DNA from: an uncultured Clostridium sp.
GTDB lineage: Bacteria; Bacillota; Clostridia; TANB77; CAG-508
Reading direction: 5' to 3'
Length of the DNA: 64,000 nt
NCBI GenBank assembly: GCA_930980855.1
Contig: CAKNIZ010000003.1
Span: forward strand, 32,338 to 96,337
Of the stretch, positions 37,919 through 47,122 are shown piece after piece; position 1 is the stretch's first letter; each line of letters opens with the position of its first letter. Below the pieces are notes generated by a model that saw nothing but the letters and a program-made list of their open reading frames with translations, did not search any database and was not told where the DNA came from. The translations under genes were made by a program, and so were the position numbers.

Positions 37919-38109
37919 AAACATTTGAAGTCGATGTAAATATAAATGGAAAAATCACTTTTGAAGTGCAGGCACACAATAAAAAAGAAGCCCAAGCAAA
38001 AGTTGATGAGTTATTAGGAAATACTGCTTTAAAAGAAGCATTAGAAAAATATCAAAATAATATTACTTTGAATAGCAAAGTAAGAGATAATAGAGATTTA
38101 GAAAGATAG
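37915..38109 (+). CDS. DpnD/PcfM-like small protein
   Basis: MKTFEVDVNINGKITFEVQAHNKKEAQAKVDELLGN.. fits the pattern I recall for DpnD/PcfM (MKtYkV..........E[VI]EA.s.EEA). Confidence 0.45.
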   Translation: MKTFEVDVNINGKITFEVQAHNKKEAQAKVDELLGNTALKEALEKYQNNITLNSKVRDNRDLER

Positions 38110-38124
38110 AAAGGAGATTATAAA

Positions 38125-38460
38125 ATGCCATATCAAAAAAGAATACCACCGGTAAAAGTGGAATTAAGTATAGAAAAATTTAATTTATTAGTGGAAATGC
38201 TTACAAGATATACACAAATGAGTGATGAAAGAGTTGCACAACTTGCAACTAAAATGAAAGATAAATTATTAAGATATAGTATTCCAAGAACAGAGGAAGA
38301 ACAAGAAACGAAAGTTGATATTAGATTTTATCCTAATGAAGCCTCTGAAATTATATATATGTTAATTTACAATGTAGAAGATTTAGAAATTAGTACAAAC
38401 TATTTTGAAGTCCTACAAAAAGTGAGAGAAGCAAAAAAACAAGAAATGAATAATGAATAA
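38125..38460 (+). CDS. Hypothetical protein
   Basis: 111-aa ORF with AAAGGAG upstream. Confidence 0.45.
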   Translation: MPYQKRIPPVKVELSIEKFNLLVEMLTRYTQMSDERVAQLATKMKDKLLRYSIPRTEEEQETKVDIRFYPNEASEIIYMLIYNVEDLEISTNYFEVLQKVREAKKQEMNNE

Positions 38461-38479
38461 GAACAAAATATAGAACAGA

Positions 38480-41400
38480 ATGGAGGTGATTATATTGGCT
38501 AGAAGAATTAGAGATATTACTGCTCTATATGGAGAAACATTGCAAGATTTAACTAAAAATCCAGAGGAATGGGTTTCTTTTATGGAATGTGCTGCAATGA
38601 ATTATAAATATTCTTTCTCCGATCAAGCACTTATTTATGCTCAAAAGCCAGAAACTATTGCTTGTGCTGAAATTGAAACGTGGAATAAAGCATTTAAAAG
38701 GTGGGTAAATAAAGGAGCAACTGGTATTGCTTTACTAACTGAAAAAAATGGATACCCATATATGAGATATGTTTTTGATGTATCAGATACGAATAGTAGA
38801 TTAGGTAAAAACTTTCTTCTTTGGACTGTTACAAAAGCATACGAAGAATATGTTATTGAAGTATTGGAAAATAGATATGGCGAGTTAGAGGATAAAAGTT
38901 CACTTGCAAATGCAATTATTTCATCAGCATATAATATGGTAGAAGATAATTTGCCCGATTATTTGGAAGATTTAAAACAATTTTCAAATAACAGTATATT
39001 AGGCTCACAAGACGATACTCATATAAAAGCAACTTATCAAAGTTTATTATCTAATAGTGTTGCTTTTATGATGATGAAAAGATGTGGGATTGATCCTAAT
39101 GAATACTTTAAAGCAGATGATTTTAAAGATATAAAAGAGTTCAATACTTACGATACAATAACAAGATTAGGTATTGCTACAAGTGATATATCAGAAATGG
39201 GTTTGCGTGAAATATATTCTACTATTAAAAATGTGCGAATAAATGAAATAGATAAAATTCGCACATTTGATAAAGAAAATCAAAAAGATTATGATATAAG
39301 TGATAACAGAAATATTGAAAGTGAAAGGAGCGAGGAATATGAAAGAAATAACTTACACAATGCAGGGAGATTACAGAATACCAGACCTAATGCTACCACA
39401 GAAAGAGAGAAAAGAGGTCAATGGGAAATACGCATTGATGAGGTTAAGATACCTAAAAGACCACAAGAAAGCATTATACACGACACTTCTAATGAAAGAC
39501 CAGTTGATGGAACACCTATCAGAGATACAGGAACAAGTAGAAACGAAAGTGGAACAATTAGTATCACAGATGATGAAACAAGAAAACGTGACGGAAGAAT
39601 TGAAACAACAAGACCAAATGAGATGGGTGGGCTTGATGAACAACTTGAAGATATCAGCAGAGGAGATAGCAACGAAAGAACTAATTTACAATTAGGTGTG
39701 TTTGATAAGGACAGTAGTAACTGTCCTTATGTTGTTATAGACGCAAAAGTAAATCAGATATTAAGTTTTGCTAATTTAAAAGTTACTAATGAAGAAATTA
39801 AAAATTATTTTGAAACTGAAAAAAATAGAACTAAAAGGGCAGAATATCTTAAAAATGCTTTTGATAATGTTTATGTTGGTATTTTTATTGAAACAGAATT
39901 ATATGGGTATAAAGCATTTGACAATGGACTTTTAATTTGGAAAGGAAATTTCTTATCAAGAGATACAGAAAGTTTTATAAGTTGGGAAGATTTGACTGAC
40001 CACTATAATTCAATGATATTGTTGCACCAATTATATGATCGAAAACAAAAGTTACCAACTGAAAAAGAACAATTATCATTATTAGACCTTAACGAGAAAC
40101 AAGAAAGACCAGAGTTAGAATTTTCACAAGAGTTTATAGATACTTTTTTTCAAGAACAAAACCCTGAAAGAAAGTTTTATATTTATAGACAATTACAAAG
40201 TAGTTTGTCTACAAATGAGAATATAACATTTTTAAAAAATCTCTATGGATTAAGTGGAAGTACCCATACAGTAAAAGGCTCTGGTGTTGGATTTGATAGT
40301 AGTAGCAAAGGTATTACTTTATATCGTGGATATGAAGCAGATGAAATAGAAATTTTATTGAAATGGAATAATATTGAAAAAAGACTAAAAGAACTAATCA
40401 AATTAGACCGTTATCTAAATCCAAAGGAAATGGAGTATTATCCGAAGTGGCTAGAAGAACACGAAAATAGTCAAAAAGAAGAATATGAAGATACTCTGGA
40501 ACAAGAAGAAAAAAATGATACTGAAATTATAGAAGAAAATGTAGATTATATAGAAGAATATGAGTATCATTTAGGAGATAAAGTCTATATTGGTGCAGAC
40601 GAATATGAGATTATTTCTTTTGATGATAATACAGTCAGACTATATGATTACCAATATCCATTGTTTAATCAAGAATTTTCAAGAGAAGAATTTGATAGGA
40701 AAGTTCAAGAAAATCCTGCAAATGACCATTTAAAAGTCAGAAAATTAAAACAAGAAGAACAAACATCTCCTAATGAATATGGAGAGTTTAATGATGAAGT
40801 TGATCTTGTTGAACACATCTTGCACCAACATAAGATATTTGATATAAAAGTGAATTTTAACTCTGATGAAGAAATCGTGGGTTATGATGATGAAAATGAG
40901 TGGGTAGGAAAAGAATTATATGATTTTCTATTTAATCAATTATTTGAATATAATGATGATGGAACTGTTAAATTAGTTGATAAAAATGATATAGAAAGAT
41001 TAAAAGAATATCAAAAGAAATACGAAGTTGCAGAAAAACAAAAAGAAGAACTAGATGATTTAATTGGAGAACATCTAACAATAGATAACAGAAAGTTTAT
41101 TGTAGATAGTATCAATAATGATAGAGTATCATTAAAAGATATTACTTTTCAAGGAACAACTGGTTTTCCAATATTTAGAGATGAAAGTATAGACTATGTA
41201 AAAGAATTACTGGCTGAAAAGGAAAAAGCAGAGTTTGTACCTGTTTTTGAGAAAAAGAAAAAATCAAGAATTACTACTTTTGATTTACACCCAGAAATTA
41301 AAAATGAAGATAGAAATAATTTTCATATTACTGATGATATGTTAGGAGTAGGAACAGACAGGGAAAAGTTTAATCGAAATATTGCTGCAATAAAAGTTTT

Positions 41401-44400
41401 GAAACTATGTGAAAAAGAAAATCGTTTTGCAACTCCTGAAGAACAAAAAGTGTTATCACAGTATGTTGGTTGGGGTGGATTACCACAAGCATTTGATGAT
41501 AAAAATAGTTCGTGGTCTAGTGAATATTTAGAATTAAAGAATTTATTAGATGAAGATGAATACAAATCAGCAATGGAATCTACTTTAACTGCTTTTTATA
41601 CACCACCTGTTGTTATTAGAACAATGTATAAAGCATTAGAGCAAATGGGTATGAAAACGGCAAATATCCTAGAGCCTGCGTGTGGAACTGGTAATTTTAT
41701 AGGAATGTTGCCAGATACTCTTAACGAATGTAAGTTATATGGTGTTGAACTCGATAAAATATCTGGTAAAATAGCACAACAATTATATCAAAAGAGTTCT
41801 ATTGCAGTACAAGGTTTTGAAAACACGGTACTTCCAGACTCTTTTTTTGATGGTTGTATTGGAAACGTACCTTTTGGAGATTTTAAATTATTAGATAAAA
41901 AGTATGATAAAAATAATTTTTTAATCCACGATTATTTCTTCGCAAAAGCCATAGATAAAGTCAGACCGGGTGGAGTAATTGCTTTTATTACGAGCAAAGG
42001 AACATTAGATAAAGAAAGCCCTGCTGTACGAAAATATATTGCTCAAAGAGCAGACCTTTTAGGGGCTATTCGTTTGCCAGATAATACTTTCAAAGCAAAT
42101 GCAGGAACAAAAGTAACATCAGATATTATATTCCTACAAAAAAGAGATTCTATTACAGATTTAGAGCCAGAATGGGTACATTTAGATACAAATGAAGATG
42201 GTATCAAAATGAATAAATATTTTATAGATCACCCAGAGATGATCTGTGGTAATATGGTAATGGAGTCAACACAATTTGGAATGGACTCTACTTGTAAAGC
42301 AAATGAAGATACTACACTTGAAGAACAATTAAATGACGCAATTCAAAATATACACGCCGAAATAAAAGAATATGAATTTGATGACATTGGAGAAGATGAA
42401 GAAGATTTATCTATTCCTGCAGATGTTAATGTTAGAAATTTCTCATACACGCTTGTAGATAACAAAATATATTACCGTGAAAATAGTAGAATGTATCCAC
42501 AAGAATTACCACTAACGACACAAAATAGAATAAAAGGCTTAATTGAAATTAGAGATTGCGTCAGAACTCTAATTGAACTACAAACAGAAGATTATCCAGA
42601 TGAAGAAATAAAACAAGAACAGAAAAAATTGAATACTTTGTATGATAATTTTATAAAGAAATATGGATTAATCAATAGCAGAGCAAATACCTCTGCTTTT
42701 TCTAATGATAATAGTTTTTATTTGTTATGCTCATTAGAAATATTAGATGAAAATAAAGAATTAAAAAATAAAGCAGATATGTTTACTAAAAGGACTATTA
42801 AGCCGAATATTCAAATAACAAAAGTCGATACTGCACAAGAAGCATTAGTTGTATCTATATCTGAAAAAGCAAGAGTTGACCTTGATTATATGCAACAGTT
42901 ATGTGGTATAGATATGGATAAGATGTTAGAAGATTTAGAGGGACAAATATTCAATGTTCCTATTTATGGTGATCCTAATGTATGGGTAACTGCCGATGAA
43001 TATTTAAGTGGTAATGTTCGTGAAAAATTAAAAATAGCAGAAGAATTTGCCAAAACTGATTCAAGGTTTGAAACAAATGTAAAACATCTAAAAGAAGTAC
43101 AGCCAAAAGATTTAGAAGCAAGCGAAATTGCCGTAAGATTAGGTGCAACGTGGCTTCCACCAGAAGATATAGAAGAATTTATATGGTATTTACTAACTCC
43201 TTCGTGGTATGTAAAAGATAATGTAAAAGTGCATTATATGGAAAGTACGGCACAATGGAGTATTGAAAATAAGAATTATGATAGAGGTAATGTAAAAGCA
43301 AATTCGACTTTTGGTACTCATAGAGTGAATGCTTATAAGATCATAGAAGAAACACTTAATTTAAAAGATGTTAGGGTATATGATTATACAATAGATGATG
43401 AGGGTAGAAGAATACCAGAATTAAATAAAAAGGAAACGGCTATTGCTCAAGCCAAGCAAGAACAAATTAAGACTGCTTTTGAAGAATGGATATGGACTGA
43501 TCCAGAACGTAGGCAAAGACTATGTAAAATGTATAATGAAAAATTTAACTCAATTCGACCACGAGAATATGATGGCTCACATATAAGGTTTGATGGAATG
43601 AATCCAGAAATAAAACTTCGTAAACATCAAATCAATGGAATTGCCAGAATACTTTATGGAGGGAACACCCTATTAGCACACGAAGTTGGAGCAGGGAAAA
43701 CATTTACAATGGTCGCTGCTGCAATGGAAGCAAAAAGATTAGGTCTATGCAACAAGAGTATGTTTGTTGTTCCTAATCATATAGTAGAGCAATTTAGTTC
43801 GGAGTTTTTGCAATTATATCCGTCTGCCAACATTCTCGTAACGACAAAGAAAGATTTTGAAACAGGAAACAGAAAAAAGTTTTGTTCAAGAATTGCAACA
43901 GGAGATTATGACGCAGTTATCATTTCACACAGTCAATTTGAAAAAATACCAATGTCAGTTGAAAGACAGACACAAATACTTCAAAAACAGATAGATGATA
44001 TTATGAGAAGTATTACCGATTTAAAAGAAAATCACGGAGAACGATTTACTATTAAACAACTAATGAAAACACAAAAAAGTTTGGAAACAAAATTAAAGAA
44101 ACTCAATGACACATCAAGAAAAGATGATGTTGTAACATTTGAGGAATTAGGAGTAGATAGAATATTTGTTGATGAGGCACATTATTATAAAAATCTTTTT
44201 CTTTATACTAAAATGAGAAATGTTGGAGGAATAGCACAAACGGAAGCACAAAAGTCTAGCGATTTATTTATGAAATGTCGTTATCTTGATGAACTAACTG
44301 GAGGAAAAGGAGTAACTTTTGCGACAGGAACACCAGTAAGTAACAGTATGGTAGAGTTATATACAATGCAAAGGTACTTACAGTACGCAGAACTTGAAAA

Positions 44401-46084
44401 AAGAAATCTCCAAAACTTTGACGCGTGGGCTTCAACTTTTGGAGAAACAGTTACCGCTATTGAATTAGCACCAGAGGGAACAGGTTACCGTGCCAAAACG
44501 AGGTTTGCCAAGTTTTATAATTTACCAGAACTACTGGCAATGTTTAAAGAGGTTGCAGATATTCAAACATCAGATATGCTTAATCTACCAGTACCAAAAG
44601 CAAACTATGAAAATGTTGTAGTAAAGCCAACAGAAATACAAAAAGAAATGGTTGCAGATTTAGCAGACCGTGCTGAAAGAGTAAGAAATAAAATGGTGGA
44701 TTCATCTATTGATAATATGCTTAAAATCACGAATGATGGTAGAAAACTAGCACTAGACCAACGTCTTATGAATGAAATATTACCAGATGATCCAAACAGT
44801 AAAGTGGCTACCTGTGCTAAAAATATTTATCGTATATGGGAAGAAAATAAAGACCAGCAACTTACTCAACTTGTATTCTGTGATTTATCTACTCCACATA
44901 ATGACGGTAAGTTTAATGTGTATGATGATTTAAAGAAAAAATTAGAAGAAATGGGTGTACCAGAAGATGAAGTACAATTTATTCACTATGCAAATACTGA
45001 CATTAGAAAGAAAGAATTATTTTCAAAAGTTCGTAAAGGAATAACGAGAGTTTTGATGGGCAGTACCCAAAAAATGGGGGCAGGAACTAACTGTCAAGAT
45101 AAACTTATTGCACTACACGATCTTGACTGTCCGTGGCGACCTAGCGACCTTATACAACGCTCTGGAAGAATAATAAGACAAGGAAACAATAATCCAGAAG
45201 TATTTATTTATCGTTATGTAACAGAGGGAACATTTGACGCATATCTTTATCAGTTAGTAGAAAATAAACAAAGATTTATATCACAAATAATGACATCTAA
45301 AACACCAGTAAGAAGTGCAGAAGATATTGATGAAACAGCATTATCTTATGCTGAAATTAAATCACTTGCTTCTGGAAATCCTTTAATAATTGAAAAAACA
45401 GAACTTGATACAGAGGTTGCTAAACTAAAACTTTTAAAACAAAGTCATTTAAGTCAAATCTATGCCATAGAAGATAGAATAATCAAATATTATCCTAATG
45501 AAATCAAAAGATTAGAAACAAAAATATCTAATTTAAAAGAGGACATAGAACTTTTAAAAAGCAATACAACAGGCGAAGAAATAAAGTTTGATAAGATGAT
45601 TATTCAAGGAAAAACTTATATAGATAGAATGGAAGCAGGAAATAAAATACTAGAAATATGCAAAGGAATGCCCAATCCAGAGCCAATAGAATTGGGAGAA
45701 TATAAAGGCTTTAAAACAAGTATAGAATTTGATAAAATAGGCAGAACTTTTAATTTTATTTTAAAAAATAAATTATCTTATGAAGTGGGATTAGGAACTG
45801 ATCAAAGTGGTAATATTACTCGTATTGATAATGAATTAAAAGATATAGAAGATACTTTAAAATCAACAATAGATTCATTAGAAGATACAAAAGTACAATT
45901 TGAAAATGCCAAAGAAGAAGCAAAAAGACCATTCAAACAAGAACAAGAGTTAAAGGAAAAATCTAAAAGACTTGATGAATTAAATATAAAATTAAATATG
46001 AATGATAAGGAAAAAGAAGTGATAGATTTTTCTGACAATGAAGAAGTAGAATGTCAAAACTATGAAAGGGCTTATGCAAGATAA
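38480..46084 (+). CDS. Giant polyvalent ICE protein: ArdC-N-like ssDNA-binding region, N6-adenine DNA methyltransferase, SNF2-family helicase
   Basis: An uninterrupted 2534-codon frame. The ArdC-N-like segment is YSFSDQALIYAQKPETIACAEIETWNKAFKRWVNKGATGIAL. Methyltransferase motif I is ILEPACGTGNFIG (about 41664) and motif IV is GNVPFG (about 41860). Helicase motifs are LLAHEVGAGKTF (about 43672), VDEAHYYKN (about 44169) and QRSGRIIRQGN (about 45155). The real start may be the TTG at 38495, 6 nt after GGAGGTG. Confidence 0.85.
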   Translation: MEVIILARRIRDITALYGETLQDLTKNPEEWVSFMECAAMNYKYSFSDQALIYAQKPETIACAEIETWNKAFKRWVNKGATGIALLTEKNGYPYMRYVFDVSDTNSRLGKNFLLWTVTKAYEEYVIEVLENRYGELEDKSSLANAIISSAYNMVEDNLPDYLEDLKQFSNNSILGSQDDTHIKATYQSLLSNSVAFMMMKRCGIDPNEYFKADDFKDIKEFNTYDTITRLGIATSDISEMGLREIYSTIKNVRINEIDKIRTFDKENQKDYDISDNRNIESERSEEYERNNLHNAGRLQNTRPNATTEREKRGQWEIRIDEVKIPKRPQESIIHDTSNERPVDGTPIRDTGTSRNESGTISITDDETRKRDGRIETTRPNEMGGLDEQLEDISRGDSNERTNLQLGVFDKDSSNCPYVVIDAKVNQILSFANLKVTNEEIKNYFETEKNRTKRAEYLKNAFDNVYVGIFIETELYGYKAFDNGLLIWKGNFLSRDTESFISWEDLTDHYNSMILLHQLYDRKQKLPTEKEQLSLLDLNEKQERPELEFSQEFIDTFFQEQNPERKFYIYRQLQSSLSTNENITFLKNLYGLSGSTHTVKGSGVGFDSSSKGITLYRGYEADEIEILLKWNNIEKRLKELIKLDRYLNPKEMEYYPKWLEEHENSQKEEYEDTLEQEEKNDTEIIEENVDYIEEYEYHLGDKVYIGADEYEIISFDDNTVRLYDYQYPLFNQEFSREEFDRKVQENPANDHLKVRKLKQEEQTSPNEYGEFNDEVDLVEHILHQHKIFDIKVNFNSDEEIVGYDDENEWVGKELYDFLFNQLFEYNDDGTVKLVDKNDIERLKEYQKKYEVAEKQKEELDDLIGEHLTIDNRKFIVDSINNDRVSLKDITFQGTTGFPIFRDESIDYVKELLAEKEKAEFVPVFEKKKKSRITTFDLHPEIKNEDRNNFHITDDMLGVGTDREKFNRNIAAIKVLKLCEKENRFATPEEQKVLSQYVGWGGLPQAFDDKNSSWSSEYLELKNLLDEDEYKSAMESTLTAFYTPPVVIRTMYKALEQMGMKTANILEPACGTGNFIGMLPDTLNECKLYGVELDKISGKIAQQLYQKSSIAVQGFENTVLPDSFFDGCIGNVPFGDFKLLDKKYDKNNFLIHDYFFAKAIDKVRPGGVIAFITSKGTLDKESPAVRKYIAQRADLLGAIRLPDNTFKANAGTKVTSDIIFLQKRDSITDLEPEWVHLDTNEDGIKMNKYFIDHPEMICGNMVMESTQFGMDSTCKANEDTTLEEQLNDAIQNIHAEIKEYEFDDIGEDEEDLSIPADVNVRNFSYTLVDNKIYYRENSRMYPQELPLTTQNRIKGLIEIRDCVRTLIELQTEDYPDEEIKQEQKKLNTLYDNFIKKYGLINSRANTSAFSNDNSFYLLCSLEILDENKELKNKADMFTKRTIKPNIQITKVDTAQEALVVSISEKARVDLDYMQQLCGIDMDKMLEDLEGQIFNVPIYGDPNVWVTADEYLSGNVREKLKIAEEFAKTDSRFETNVKHLKEVQPKDLEASEIAVRLGATWLPPEDIEEFIWYLLTPSWYVKDNVKVHYMESTAQWSIENKNYDRGNVKANSTFGTHRVNAYKIIEETLNLKDVRVYDYTIDDEGRRIPELNKKETAIAQAKQEQIKTAFEEWIWTDPERRQRLCKMYNEKFNSIRPREYDGSHIRFDGMNPEIKLRKHQINGIARILYGGNTLLAHEVGAGKTFTMVAAAMEAKRLGLCNKSMFVVPNHIVEQFSSEFLQLYPSANILVTTKKDFETGNRKKFCSRIATGDYDAVIISHSQFEKIPMSVERQTQILQKQIDDIMRSITDLKENHGERFTIKQLMKTQKSLETKLKKLNDTSRKDDVVTFEELGVDRIFVDEAHYYKNLFLYTKMRNVGGIAQTEAQKSSDLFMKCRYLDELTGGKGVTFATGTPVSNSMVELYTMQRYLQYAELEKRNLQNFDAWASTFGETVTAIELAPEGTGYRAKTRFAKFYNLPELLAMFKEVADIQTSDMLNLPVPKANYENVVVKPTEIQKEMVADLADRAERVRNKMVDSSIDNMLKITNDGRKLALDQRLMNEILPDDPNSKVATCAKNIYRIWEENKDQQLTQLVFCDLSTPHNDGKFNVYDDLKKKLEEMGVPEDEVQFIHYANTDIRKKELFSKVRKGITRVLMGSTQKMGAGTNCQDKLIALHDLDCPWRPSDLIQRSGRIIRQGNNNPEVFIYRYVTEGTFDAYLYQLVENKQRFISQIMTSKTPVRSAEDIDETALSYAEIKSLASGNPLIIEKTELDTEVAKLKLLKQSHLSQIYAIEDRIIKYYPNEIKRLETKISNLKEDIELLKSNTTGEEIKFDKMIIQGKTYIDRMEAGNKILEICKGMPNPEPIELGEYKGFKTSIEFDKIGRTFNFILKNKLSYEVGLGTDQSGNITRIDNELKDIEDTLKSTIDSLEDTKVQFENAKEEAKRPFKQEQELKEKSKRLDELNIKLNMNDKEKEVIDFSDNEEVECQNYERAYAR
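39339..39695 (+). CDS. tnpV: TnpV-like protein gene nested in the +1 frame of the giant ORF
   Basis: AAGGAG (39325-39330) lies 8 nt before the ATG at 39339, and the stop is TAG at 39693-39695. The 118-aa translation MKEITYTMQGDYRIPDLMLPQKE..GKYALMRLRYLKDHKKALYTTLLMKDQLMEHLSEIQ..DQMRWVGLMNNLKISAEEIATKELIYN matches, from memory, the full-length TnpV family of clostridial transposons/ICEs. Confidence 0.55.
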   Translation: MKEITYTMQGDYRIPDLMLPQKERKEVNGKYALMRLRYLKDHKKALYTTLLMKDQLMEHLSEIQEQVETKVEQLVSQMMKQENVTEELKQQDQMRWVGLMNNLKISAEEIATKELIYN

Positions 46085-46142
46085 TTTACACATTGGAACT
46101 ACGAAAATGCTTCCTATAAAATATAAATAGGAGGTGTTTTAA

Positions 46143-46475
46143 ATGAACTTGTTTGATGAAACTTTTATCAGGAATTACTGTGAAGATAGTTTTGGTGAAT
46201 TTGTGTCAGATGTCTGTGTTAGATTAAAAAGAAATAATATGTCATACAGATCAGCACAAGAAAAAATGGAAAAATTACAATGTGATTTTCCAAAATTAAG
46301 AAAAATTATAGAAGATAATGAAAGTGAAGAATTAACGAAAGAAGAAGCCGAAGCATTAGGAAAATACTTGCGATCGGCAGATGACGCAAGATGGGAAGAA
46401 GCAAAGGAATTATTTTTAATGGGTATGAGGGAATCTTATTACCTTTTTAAATTGCTACGAATAATTAAAAAATAA
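46143..46475 (+). CDS. Hypothetical protein
   Basis: 110-aa ORF with AGGAGG upstream, followed by a terminator. Confidence 0.5.
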   Translation: MNLFDETFIRNYCEDSFGEFVSDVCVRLKRNNMSYRSAQEKMEKLQCDFPKLRKIIEDNESEELTKEEAEALGKYLRSADDARWEEAKELFLMGMRESYYLFKLLRIIKK

Positions 46476-46483
46476 AAACAGTA

Positions 46484-46521
46484 AAAAGCGATTTTAGTAT
46501 AAAAACTAGAATCGCTTTTTT
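46484..46521 (+). terminator. Rho-independent terminator
   Basis: AAAAGCGATTTTAG..CTAGAATCGCTTTT is followed by TT. Confidence 0.7.
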
Positions 46522-46541
46522 AGATTGGAGGGAATAATAAT

Positions 46542-46757
46542 ATGAAAACTTATAAAGTTGAAATTGAAGAAATACTACAAAATGTTTATGACATTGAGGC
46601 TAATTCTCTTGAAGAAGCAATAAATATTGCAGAGGAAAGATATCGCAATGAAGAATATATATTGGAAGCAGAAGATTTAAAGAAAACTAATTTTAGGGAA
46701 TATAAAGATGAAGTTACAAGAGATGAAAAACCAAAGAAAAAAGAACTGGAAAGGTAG
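46542..46757 (+). CDS. DpnD/PcfM-like small protein
   Basis: MKTYKVEIEEILQNVYDIEANSLEEAINIAEERYRNEEYILEAEDLKKTNF is a good fit to the DpnD/PcfM pattern as I recall it. Confidence 0.55.
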   Translation: MKTYKVEIEEILQNVYDIEANSLEEAINIAEERYRNEEYILEAEDLKKTNFREYKDEVTRDEKPKKKELER

Positions 46758-46766
46758 GTAAATAAA

Positions 46767-47114
46767 ATGCAAAATGAAATGAAAATTAGAGAAGAATTGT
46801 ATTCAAAATTGGAAAAAGAGTACAATTCTTTTATTGAAGATTTAAAGAAAAGTCCACCAGAGAAGATTATTGATAAAGCGTATGAAAAGGTTATGAAAGA
46901 AGAATTATGTGCAATGTTTTATCCAGAATATGATAGATATGATATTGACCAAATAAAAGCGTTAAATAAAACAAAAGAGCCTTTACAAGAATTATATGAT
47001 GGGTGGATGGATAATGATAGTGGCATACACCAAGCACTTGAAGATTGCACATTTGAGGTGTTGGAAGAATTAGTGCAAGAGCAAAAACAAAAAAATAAAT
47101 CAATGGAAAGGTAG
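46767..47114 (+). CDS. Hypothetical protein (DUF3848-like by recollection)
   Basis: 115-aa ORF, tightly coupled to its neighbours. Confidence 0.45.
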   Translation: MQNEMKIREELYSKLEKEYNSFIEDLKKSPPEKIIDKAYEKVMKEELCAMFYPEYDRYDIDQIKALNKTKEPLQELYDGWMDNDSGIHQALEDCTFEVLEELVQEQKQKNKSMER

Positions 47115-47122
47115 TGATTTAT

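Noticed and set aside
39371-39672. Two minus-strand ORFs (90 and 84 aa) under the nested tnpV region.
   Set aside because: They are explained by the T-depletion of the plus strand, since few TTA/CTA/TCA triplets occur. They have no SD and their translations are low-complexity.
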